64,000 nucleotides of DNA, from NCBI RefSeq assembly GCF_963921235.1, contig NC_086108.1:42224001-42288000 (forward strand), in the 5' to 3' direction. The number at the start of each line of letters is the position of its first letter. Position 1 is the stretch's first letter. The stretch is from Mobula hypostoma (lineage: Eukaryota). Shown here in pieces: positions 37,661 to 48,548 of this stretch. Made by a program: the position numbers and the translations under genes. The notes under the pieces are model-generated. The model worked only from the letters and a program-made list of their open reading frames with translations, had not been told where the DNA came from and ran no database searches.

Positions 37661-38849
37661 TAAAATGTTCTTGATTCTGCAAAGTGAGCGGATGAAATGA
37701 ATTGATGTTAATCCTTGGCTCTCTGGCCATGGTCAGATTCATAGCAATGCTGACATTTCAGTAGCTGGTTTCTTCATTATGTTGCTTTCAGAACATGCTG
37801 GCCATTTTTTCCTCTCTGATTTTATCTAGTTTTCTTCAACATAATCTTCATTTCCAATATTTTATGCTTTGTTGCACAGAATTGTATAGTACGTATTGGG
37901 CAGAAACAGGCCTTTCTGGTCCACGTTGCTGTTTATCCTGTATATGAGCTTCTTTGCACTTTCTTCTCAACTACTACTATAATCTGCTAATACGCTTTCT
38001 CTGTCACATACGTCTCCAGTTTCCCCTCTAGTGCACTTGTGATGTTCACTTCAAGCATGGCACCAAGTTCCATATTCTCAACACACCTTGAGTTTGTCTA
38101 TAGGTTCTACTTTGATTGAGGAGAGTAACTCAGTTATATGCTTCTGCTAATTCATATTTCAGAAATTGTGGCGAAGGAATTCGTTACTTATATCCTCAAA
38201 GGATATCCTTGAGATACAAAATTAGCATAGTTTGCCTCACATCTGTGTGGAGTTGGGCCTCAAGCCGATAGTGTATTACAAAATTTCTACAGGGTACATG
38301 TTCTGATTCAATGAAAGTTCACGTTGGGCTTTTACCCCAGCATGGTGTTTAGAGTCAGTTCACTGATGATACTGCTCAAAAACACACAGCACAGACACCG
38401 AGCAGTGAATCGCTGCAGATCCTGTTTTAAGTATTGTAGGCTTTTGTCTCAGATAATGAGGTGAGCATGTTTGGAATCTCAGCAGGATTCTTTCTACGCC
38501 CATCCTTGTTGTATAAATAAGTATACTTGTTTATGTAGGCTCTCTGCCAGTACTTAACACTATATTACTGTCTCTGCAAAACTTATCAGAAAAAGCAACA
38601 GCTTTAAAAGTGGAAGTAACAGCTGCACATCCACCTTCTCAAGCTCAATTCAGGATTTTTGCTGGAGGTTTCATTGTTCTTCAGCTGTTGTGAGCTGCTT
38701 TTCCTCGGTGTGCTTAAAGATGTTAATATATTTTCTCCAGTTTCTTGTGATTTTGAACTCAGAGTGTCCTGCTGAATATTCTGTTTGCTCCAGGCTTCAG
38801 GCTTCCCCTTCAGTGATAATGTATTGATGTTTGGGAGTTACTACCCTGG

Positions 38850-39375
38850 AATGTTCTCCCTTCTGGTCGCCTCACTACAGGAAGGATGTGGAAGCCATAG
38901 AAAGAGTGCAGAGGAGATTTACAAGGATGTTGCCTGGATTGGGGAGCATGCCTTATGAGGATAGGTTGAGTGAACTCGGCCTTTTCTCCTTGGAGCGACG
39001 GAGGATGAGCGGTGACCTGATAGAGGTGTATAAGATGATGAGAGGCATTGATCGTGTGGATAGTCAGAGGCTTTTTCCCAGGGCTGAAATGGTTGCCACA
39101 AGAGGACACAGGTTTAAGGTGCTGGGGAGCAGGTACAGAGAGGAGATGTCAGGGTTAAGTTATTTTACTCAGAGAGTGGTGAGTGCATAGAATAGGTTCC
39201 GGCAACAGGGGTGGAGGTGGATACGATAGGGTCTTTTAAGCGACTTTTAGCTAGGTACATGGAGCTTAGTAAAATAGAGCGCTATAGGTAAGCCTAGTAA
39301 TTTCTAAGGTGGGGACATGTTCAGTACAACTCTGTGGGCCAAAAGGCCTGTATTGTGCTGTAAGTTTTCTATGTT
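38850..39375 (+). mobile_element. Young CR1 3' fragment
   Basis: ORF 38831-39190 FWSPHYRKDVEAIERVQRRFTRMLPG; near-identical to the reverse complement of 33311-33829. Confidence 0.9.
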
Positions 39376-39394
39376 TCTCATCACATATCATATC

Positions 39395-39970
39395 AAGGAG
39401 CACCTCTGTTCCTTCTGATAAAAGCAAAGCTTCCCAGTGGCCAAACATTTTAATTCCCATTCCAATGTGTTGGTCCATGGCCTCCTCTTGTGACAGGATG
39501 AGGCCTCCCTCAGAGTGGAAGAGCAACACCCAGTACTGTTTTCTGTCTGGGTGGTCTCCAATCTGATGGCATGAATATGTATTTCTCCTTCTGGTGAACA
39601 AATTTCCTTCCCTCTTCTTTATTCTCCACTCTGACCTTTCACTTCTCACCTGCCTACTACTTCCCCTAGGTCCCCTCCTCCTTCCCTTTCTCCGATGGTC
39701 CACTCTCCTCTCCTATCAAATTCCTTCTTCTCCAGCCCGTTAGCTTCCCTACCTACCTGCCTTCACCTATCACCTTCTAGCTATGCTCCTTCCCTTCCCC
39801 ACCTTTTCATTCTGGTGTTTTCCCCCTTCCTTTCCAGTCCTGAGAAATGGTCTTGGCCCAAAATGTTGACTGTTTATTCATTTCCATAGATGCTGCCTGA
39901 CCTGCTGAGTTGCTCCAGCATTTTGTGTTTGTTGCTTTGGAATTCCAGCATCTGCAGGATTTCTTGTGTT
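39395..39970 (+). mobile_element. Penelope 3' fragment with degenerate hammerhead at 39835-39872
   Basis: PVAKHFNSHS, RVEEQH, QSDGMN remnants; pyrimidine tract; terminus GATGCTGCCTGACCTGCTGAG...CAGCATCTGCAG. Confidence 0.8.
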
Positions 39971-40570
39971 TACTTATACATACGAGAAGCTGACAGTACA
40001 GTATGCAGATTGATTTTTATTAGTGGCTAGTAAATATTGCTCTGACTGTGCAGGACTGGTTCAAACTAGCATGGTGATACAGTATGCATTTTAACAATAT
40101 TTTACTCAGAAATGCAAATTAGTTCATATTTTCTCACTAAGGACAAGATGGTTCATTTGAACGTTTTGGCCAAGCTCATTGTGATAATATTTAAATGTAC
40201 AAGGCCCTGTTGCCACAAGAGACTCTCAATTAATGATTACTTATTGCTGTGTAGGAGAGCCTTGGGGGGATCTGTTAAGGGAAAGATTAGATGTTGTGTA
40301 TTTTCCACAGGTTTGTGGACACTGGAAGAAATTCTGGGCCACAGCCACTTTCTTATATTTCCAAATCTTCTGCTTCAGTGTATCTATTTTCCTCATGTGA
40401 TATTGTCTGAGTGATGTCTAATGTTTCTAAAACAATTTTGATGCATGCAAATCTTCTGATCTTCAAGATATTAGGTCACATAAAGTACCCAAGAAGTCCA
40501 ATCCTGGTGCTAATCTATTCTGGAAATAATAATGTGCAATCTGTACTCTATAAGGATAATATATAAGTAA

Positions 40571-40574
<4 letters not shown>

Positions 40575-40628
<54 letters not shown>
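40575..40628 (+). repeat. (GT)27 microsatellite
   Basis: Pure dinucleotide run read directly from the sequence. Confidence 0.98.
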
Positions 40629-40632
<4 letters not shown>

Positions 40633-40633
40633 A

Positions 40634-43600
40634 TTCTTCTAATAGGAGGTCCGTCCGGAACGACGATGATGTCAGTGACGCCTCTGATGAGAGCGAAGCC
40701 CGAATTGGGAAGTGCAGGTGTGCCCACAGGTTGGGTATGTTATGGCCATTGAAGGGTCAGATCGTCTCTCCTTGTGGTCCTGGTGCTTTTGACTGAGGTC
40801 CTTTAGATGCGGCTCTTCGAATGTGCTGCTGCCTTTCGAAGACAGGCGCCAAGCGTTGCGGTCTTTGGCCAAAGCCTCCCAACTAGTCACAGGGATACCA
40901 CGTGCCTTCACGTACGCTTTCACACAGTCTTTACAGCCTCCCTGCTTTCTGATGCCATGTGCCAGCTCGGAAAAGGATACCATCTTTGGAAGGTACGTCC
41001 ACATGATCACTGTTTCTGTACCAGAGCACTCAGCCCTTAGTAGCACTTCTGTCGTGGGGACACTGTCTTGCCACGAGATGCCCATGATCTTGTGAGTAGA
41101 GCTGGTCAAGCATCTTGATGTGCCTGTGGTATGGGGTCCATGTTTCACAGCCGTACAGGAGAGAAGTCAGGAAGACTGCTCTGTAGACTGCCATCTTGGT
41201 CTTCAGCCGGATGCCATATTCTCCCCACACGCGTGTCCATGGCCTGCCAGAGGATGCCCCAGCTTTGGCAAGTCTGTTTGAGACCTCTCGATCTAGACTG
41301 CAGGAGGAGGTGAGGCAGCATCCCAAGTAGGTGAAGGCTGCCTCACCTAGTTGAGCAGTGTGCCTTCAATCTCAATTATGGTTCCGCAAGATTGGTATGG
41401 AGTGCGGGCTGAGGTAGAACTTCTGTCTTCTGCAGGCTGATGGTTAGGCTGAATTTTCTTGCTGCCACAGAGAGACAGTCAGTGAGCCCCTGCAGGTCCC
41501 TTTCCCTGTGTGCTGCAAGAGCGCAGTCATCTACAAAGAGGAAGTCTCGTACTATTGCTTCCAGCACTTTGGTCTTGGCCATGAGGTGTTGCAGATCAAA
41601 GAAGTGTCCATCAGTTCAGTAGTGAATTGTTATTCCCGCATCAGTCTGTGAGAGAGCAGAGAACAGCATCATGACAAACAGCAGGCTGAACAGAGTAGGC
41701 ACGAGGACGCAGCCCTGCTTGACACCGTTAGTTACAAGGAAGGGGTCAGAGGTGCAGCTGTTTTTGATAACCCTGGACATCATGCTGTTATGGAATGACC
41801 TGACAATGCTGATCAGCCTTGGGCGACAGCCTGACTTGGTAAGGATGAGCCAGAGGCCCGTGCGACTGATAATATCAAATGCCTTTGTCAGGTTCACAGA
41901 GAGGATGTGGAGATTCTGGTTCTGTTCCTGACACTTCTCCTGGATCTGTCTGACAGCAAAGATCATGTCACTGTTCCTCTGTTAGATCTGAAGCCACATT
42001 GGCTCTCTGAGACAACGTCATCAAGGAGGTGAGAGGTAATCCTGTTCGGTTTGATACGGGCCCTCATCTTCCTGGCTATGCTCAGGAGAGATATGCCTCT
42101 GTGGTTGTCACAGAATGCCCCGTCTCCCTTGTTCTTGTACAGGTGGATGATGTTTGCATCCCTGAAGTCCTGTGGTACACAGGCTTTCTCCCAACACTGC
42201 TGCATGAGCTCTGTCAGCCTCTGAAGAAGGGTTTTACCACCATCCTGAAGACTTCTGGGGGGACCTCATCCAGGCCAGAGGCCTTACCCGGCTGCAGCTG
42301 GTTGACTGCCTTCATAGCTTCTACTAATGTGGGGGAATCATCAAGGGCCTCCAAGACTGGGTGCTGGGGCATGTCTTGTGTGGCCTAGTCATCTATCTGG
42401 ATTGAGCAGCTGGTTGAAGTGGTCTGCCCAGCTTTGGACAATGTCGCCTTTGTCAGTGAGGAGTGATCCATCCAAGGAGAGGACTGGTGCCGTGACGTTG
42501 GAGGAAAGTCCGTACACTGCCTTTAGACCATTGAAAGACTTCCTTGTACTGGTCAGTGTAGTGCTGAAGCTCTGCTGCTTTGGCCTCCCACACTGATCTT
42601 TCATTTTCTACAGCTCAGCCTGGACATAACCACGGCAGTGCTTCGAGCGGTCATGTTTGGAGGTTGACTGCTTGTCACTGAGCCAGCTTGCAAAGGCTTC
42701 CTGCTTCTGCTTGAGGAGGGTGACGATATCAAAGTTGTTCTCATCGAACCAATCCTGATGCTTCCTCTTGGGGTGCCCGAGAACGGTACTTGCAGCGCTG
42801 TACAGGGTGTCTCTGAGGGCAGCCCATGCTGTTTCTGGGTCTGCTTCCTCAAGCAGTTGCTCAAGTTATTGCTCCAGTTTGCTGATCAGCTCTTCTTTGA
42901 TGTTGGGGTCAGCGAGCCATTGAATGTTCAGCTTCTGCTTGGTGTCAGCCTGCTGGTGCCTGTACGCCTTGCCAATCTGAAATGACAGCTTGCTTCTCAA
43001 TAGGATGTGGTCAGTACAGCAGTCTGCACCCCTCATCGCTCCAGTGATGATCACATCCCTGATGTCCCGGCGCCTTGTGATCATGTAATCAATCAGGTGC
43101 CAGTTCCTGGACAGCGGGCGCATCCAGGTTGCCTTGTGGATGTCTAGAAGCTGAAAGAGGGAGTTGCTGATTGTCAGCCATTTTCTGCGCAGAAGGTGAG
43201 TAGTAGCTGCCCATCTGAATTCCCTTTTCCAAGGCCATGCTTGCCAATGACTTCCAGCCAAAACTGATGGCCACTGCCTACTTGGTCGTTAAAGCTGCCA
43301 AGTAGCAGGATCTTGTCATCTTTGGGGACCAAGTGTAGTAGCTGGCCAAGCTGCTGGTAGAACAGTTCCTTCTGTTCAGAGGTGTAGGTCATGGTGGGTG
43401 CGTAGGCACTGATCAGAGTCAGATGAGTCGTGGCTTTCAGAGGTAGCCTCATTATCATGAGGTGATTGTTGATGCCTCTAGGGAGGGACTCCAGGTTCCT
43501 GACAATTGTGGTCCGGATGGCAAAGCCAACTCCAGCTTCTCTAGCCTCCTCCTTTCCCTTGGCATTCCAGAAAAGCATGTGACCAGCCCCTAGTTCTGTG

Positions 43601-44840
43601 ATTTCACCAGTCCAGGCCAAGTGTGTCTCACTGAGCGCTGCGGTGTCGATGTTGTACTTCTGAAGCTTGTGTCCTACAGGTGCAGTTTGCCTTTCTGGTC
43701 TGTTCCTGCTCTTGTCCATAAGTGTCCTGACATTCCAGGCTCCAACACAGTGTTTGCTCAGCTTTCTGGTGGTTCCTCTTTCCTTTGTGATTTTTGAGGT
43801 AGTTCGACCGCGAAATAGGTGTCCAGTCAGCTGTGGTATGATGACAGGATAGGGTGAGGCAAGCTCTCTGTAGGTCACCTTTTCTAGACCTTCTCCCATG
43901 AGGGGAGAGCAGTGCAGTCCTTGAAGAGGGTTGCTCCGTCACTGAGGTGGCTGCCAAATACTGCCGTTGCCTTGTGAGACGAGAGCGATATCCTACCTAG
44001 CAGCCTTGAGTGCAGGTCTGTGACTAGTGGCACTCAGTACCATCTTGTGCCTGCCACTGTCACCATTCACCCATCTCCCCAGGTCTTGTGTTGGTTGTGG
44101 AGATTGGCATCAGCAAATCTGGGCAGGAGGTGTATGAAGACCATGAGTTGCCCAAGCTTCAGGATCCCCTTCTCGGTCCAGACACTGATGTCAAAAACGA
44201 CGCCAGGCATAATGTTTTGACAACGGCTGAACTGCAGGAACTGCCAGAATGATGTTGAATCAACATCAATTTGCCTTAGGGGCTCTGACTACGGATTTCT
44301 GTCGTCATTCACCCATCGCCCCAGATCTTGTGTTGGTTGTGGAGATTGGCATCACCAAATCTGGACAGGAGGTGTATGAAGCCCAGGCGTCGTGATCCCC
44401 TTCTCGGTCCAGACGCTGATGTCAAAAAGGACACCAGGCATAACGTTTTGACGACAGCTAAACTGCAGGAGCTGCCAGAATGACGTTGAATCAACATTAG
44501 ATTGCCTTAGGGGCTCCAACTCCAGATTTCTTCCTTGGGGTTTATTCCCGAAGCCTTTCCCATGAGTATAGGAAAGGTATGCCACAAGGCAACGGAGGTT
44601 TGAAGTCAGAGTTTTCCTTCTCCTAGGTGTGCTTCCCAGGCTAACAAGCCCCACCTGCCTGAAGCAACTGATTTTAAAGCGCCAGTGACCCGTTTTTGCC
44701 CCTTCTCCTGTCTGTGTAAACAGTTCTGCCATGTGAAGGCCAGGATTTGAACTTGGTTGTCAGAGGCTCATTAGAGACACATGCCTTTGGGAGCACTTTA
44801 TCGGTAGTGGGAGCTTATCCCCACTACCACCCCGGCAATG
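40634..44840 (-). mobile_element. Near-full-length RTE-clade LINE (5' UTR, APE endonuclease, RT, C-terminal zinc-finger remnant), frameshifted
   Basis: VGAWNVRTL..RPER.TA....YNID.AALSET, LISAYAPT, WHLIDY, CDNHRGISLLS, QCGFRSNRGT, GVKQGCVL.PTLFS, FVDDCAL, LLYGCETWT, PTCGHTC.SQFGLRSHQRRH; short AAG-type tail. Confidence 0.95.
44706..44753 (-). ncRNA. Candidate HDV/CPEB3-like ribozyme in the RTE 5' UTR
   Basis: Minus strand AGUUC-AAA-UCCUG-GCC-UUCACAU-GGC-AGAACU-GU-UUACA-CAGA-CAGGA. This gives P2 UCCUG/CAGGA, P3 GCC/GGC, L3 UUCACAU, J4/2 CAGA and a possible P1 AGUUC/GAACU. Confidence 0.5.
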
Positions 44841-45993
44841 ATACACACACATATATAATTTATTAATGAATATGTTTATGTATTATGAAGTCTATAAATG
44901 ATACATACACAAGTTATGGGGAGAGAGTAAGAAAGTGGTACCAAGATACAGAATCAGCTGTTGTCCTTTTGAAAGGCAGAAAATGCACAAAGGGCTAAAT
45001 TTTCCACTTCTATTTTTCTAGCTTTATTTTGACCTAAAGCAGAGCAGGGATATCTTCCAAGAAAGAGGCACCATCAGTGGTTATCTTTGATGTGGTTTCT
45101 CCAAGGCCTTTCACATGTAAGAGATACTCCACAGACTTGTAGGTCATTTCAGAAGTTTTGTTTTTCTAACCATCTCTGCCCTTTGTACCTCTATTTATAG
45201 AGTATACAAACAAAGAACCATTATCAATCATTGCTCAGAACTTGAATGCATATTGTGTCCATTTCTGGGCACAACATTTTTGAGGAATGTAAGGGTGGAG
45301 AGACTTTGTACTGAATTATTTCTGAGGGTAGAGAACTGGAGTTCTCTTGGGAGATGGGAACAGCTGGAATCGCACTCCTTAAATACAGAAGAGTTCATAT
45401 GATCTGAGAGGAGTGTTCAGAGCTGGGAGGGGATATGAAATGTATAAAGAGTTATTTCCATATCACAGTAGGTGACTTCAGAACAAAAAATTAAGATGGC
45501 CGGACATAGAGAGTAGGTAAAAAGAGTAAATGTTGGTGGTCTTTAATGCATTGCCTAAAATATTGCAGAAGTAGATTCTGTTATAACTTATAAACGAGAA
45601 CTGGATAAATACTTAAAAATAAAAGATAAACTGGCTGACTATAGAGAAGGGAGGAAATGGAAGCAGGTGTAATTTGGTGAGAATTTGTCACTTTGTCAGC
45701 ATTGCTGACTATATGAGCAGATTATCATTGACCAAGTCGACAAAAGTTTGTGCTAAATGCAAGTACCAATAGGAATTTCTGGTGTGTAAAAGTCTCCGTA
45801 CATTAAAGATGTCAGAAGAGATAATGCAGCAGATCAATCTGTGCAAGACCATATACTCCTTGATTGTGACTCAAGGTAGCTGTACTCTTGTTCGATGGTA
45901 AAGTCTGAATGCTTTCATTGTGTCAAGATGGTGGCACTCTGCTATAGGTTAACCATATTTATATATTTGGGCACTCTGTCTTATCTGGCCTTT

Positions 45994-46608
45994 TTTTAAA
46001 ATTTTATTTTTATTTGGATAAGGTATTCACAAGTAATCCACAAACTTTTTTTTACATATATAACCTTTTCCATTTTTTATGTGAGTAAATCTATATTAAT
46101 TTGTACATTCACAAGTGCACATTGAGATAATATGGAAAATAATTAGACACTCAAATAGATGTTTATGTGCAATTGTAATTCCACTCTATTAAACTTAATA
46201 ATGATAATAGTTGTTATAAAAATATTAATAATAGTGGTTGAATACTAATTTCCATCTATCTCTTTTGTTCCATTTCTTTCTGGTCCAAAATTTCCCCAGA
46301 TCTTTTCTTTACTTGTGTTATTTCCATATTTTCCAAAAAAAAAGAACAGTAAACATTCGAGCCAAGGGTGCTTATGTTAACACTATTACTATGTTGGTGA
46401 AGCAAACAGTATAAACCATTAGGAGAGTCATCTAAAGTCTGCTCACTCTGGGGTTATAAATTCAATCCATTTATTCCAAATTTGATGAAATTTTTCCTTT
46501 TGAATTCTCAGTGAATAGGTCATCTTTTCCATTTTAAATATTTCCAAAATGATTTCATACCAATCTTCTAATGTAGGTGATGGATTTAACCACTTTCTGG
46601 TGATTGAT
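45994..46608 (-). mobile_element. L1-clade LINE 3' fragment with 15-bp TSD
   Basis: Minus strand encodes ITRKWLNPSPTLEDWYEIILEIFKMEKMTYSLRIQKEKFHQIWNKW (L1 ORF2 C-terminus); A-rich tail. TSD TCTTATCTGGCCTTT at 45979-45993 and 46609-46623. Confidence 0.85.
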
Positions 46609-48381
46609 TCTTATCTGGCCTTTCATTGCAAAACTGACGCAGTACTCCACTGGCTGAGATGCCATCATCTGACTGAGGCGTTACAGAGAAGCCCTGCATA
46701 CTTTCTCAAATGTGCATAAAAAGTAGCCTTTTGCTTCTGATAGTTGTACTTAATTTAGAATCAAAATATTGCTTTGACACAGATGAAAGGCATTTATGCT
46801 ATTAAGTTTGTGCCAACTCCCGGTATGAAAACCTTTTCAAAAGAAGACTGTCAAACACCCAATGTGAAGGGAAAAAAATCAGATTGTGCAAACAATAGAA
46901 GAAAGCAAATAACATTCAAAACTGAAATTCAGAAAAGAGAGTCCAGAGCCATAGCCAATCCAGGAGCCCATTAGTTGCAGGCCACAGTTCAGCACAGAGA
47001 CAAGTAAACCTCGTGAGCAATGAGTCGAACACTGGCCTGTCCCTTGCATCCGGCCCCAACACACTAGCCTTTGTAATAATATGTCAAGCAGTTCTCTACC
47101 CCTTGTATGAATTCCCTTCTTACCCTCTGCACTTGATAGAAGCTGCACAGTCTATGTTACTGGAAGTCACTTTCCATGAGGATCTCACATTCTGACCCCA
47201 CGATAGTAACTTCACTTCTTGCTAATGGCCAACTTAACTATGGAACTCATGGCAATTTATCATTAGTAACTTAAGGGTGAGAAATTCGAACAGCAAAACT
47301 TCAATCAATCTAGTAACAGGTATCTTGCTCGTAAATTCCTATTGGTAGGTACTGACCTCCATGGAAACTGAACTCTTCACTATGCTTAAACCTCAGATAA
47401 CAAAAAATATTCACTTATAAGTTGCATTACCTTTTGGAATCTGTAATCGCAACTAAGTCAAAATAACATTTTAAAAGAATCCGTGGGTGATTTGCAAACC
47501 TGTGGACCTATATTCAAAGCTACATGTCTAAGTTGTGCTATGATCTGAAGCGAAGGTTACCTAATTTTAGATGAATGCATGTGCTGTACCATTGAGAGTT
47601 GAGATGGAAACTGGCATCAACTCTGCTGCTATTACAGGATGTGTGTTTTTCATCATTCATGCCGATGCTTTATTCAAACATTTGGGGAGTTGAAACAAAT
47701 CTAATTTACAACCTGCCAGGAAATAGTACCAAAATTAATCCCATGAGTCACTATTTCTTATTTCTCTTCAACTGACACTGACAGCTGCTGAATTGAATAT
47801 TCACAAAATTTTGGTAGGGAATACGATGAGATCTCAAATTGAACAACAAGAATTTAGTTTTTCTGTGCATTCCTTGTTTGGTTTTCTCCATTTCTGTGTA
47901 CTGTACATTTTAAATACTCCAGTGTCTTCACCACTTCTGCATGCACATTTTGAAACCTATGTTCAGCGTTCTGAAGACAAAATATACATTTAGCATGACT
48001 ATCATTTTTTATAGAGCATTGTCATTGAAGGATAAGTAAAACTAAGCTACTTTCCTGAGTATACTTCTGTGATTTTTTTTTACCTTTATTATGGTAAACT
48101 GAAAAATAAATTCAAGCTGTACATTTTGGAAGTAGAGTGAAGATCCTTGCTGGAGCTTCAGTTTACTTTCTTAATAATTGCAATTTTTATCTTTAATGTT
48201 TTAATGGATATCCACATACACAAATATCACTTTGTTAAAAAGGTCATAACATAGAAAACTGAGAATTCTTGTTTAGTTTTCCTGGGTTTGAGCGTTTATA
48301 ATGAACTTCTGTTGCAACAGACATTCTACTGACTAAATCTTCTAAACAGGCAGTAAGGTGCATAGTATAAGAAAGATAAGA

Positions 48382-48548
48382 GTCTTGGCCTGAAATGTCG
48401 ACTGTTTATTAATTTCCATGGATGCTGTTTATTAATTTCCATGGATGCTGTTTATTAATTTCCATGGATACTGTCTGACCTGCCAAATTTCTCCAGCATT
48501 TTGTATGTGTTGCGTTGGATTTCTAGTATCTGCAGTCTTTCTCGCGTT
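48382..48548 (+). mobile_element. Short Penelope terminal fragment with half hammerhead and 3 x 23-bp tandem repeat
   Basis: Begins GTCTTGGCCTGAAATGTCGACTG; unit CTGTTTATTAATTTCCATGGATG x3 at 48402-48470. TSD AAAGATAAGA at 48372-48381 and 48549-48558. Confidence 0.8.

Noticed and set aside
40575..40796. ORF starting MCVCVCV...
   Set aside because: Artifact of the (GT)n microsatellite plus antisense RTE sequence.
46630..46800. Possible ancient Deu-domain SINE remnant (also about 54900-55180)
   Set aside because: Resemblance is too degraded to support by eye; needs an nhmmer search against Dfam.
48402..48473. Three 23-bp direct repeats superficially like a CRISPR array
   Set aside because: Repeats are contiguous with no spacers, lie inside a Penelope terminus, and the context is a vertebrate intron with no cas genes.
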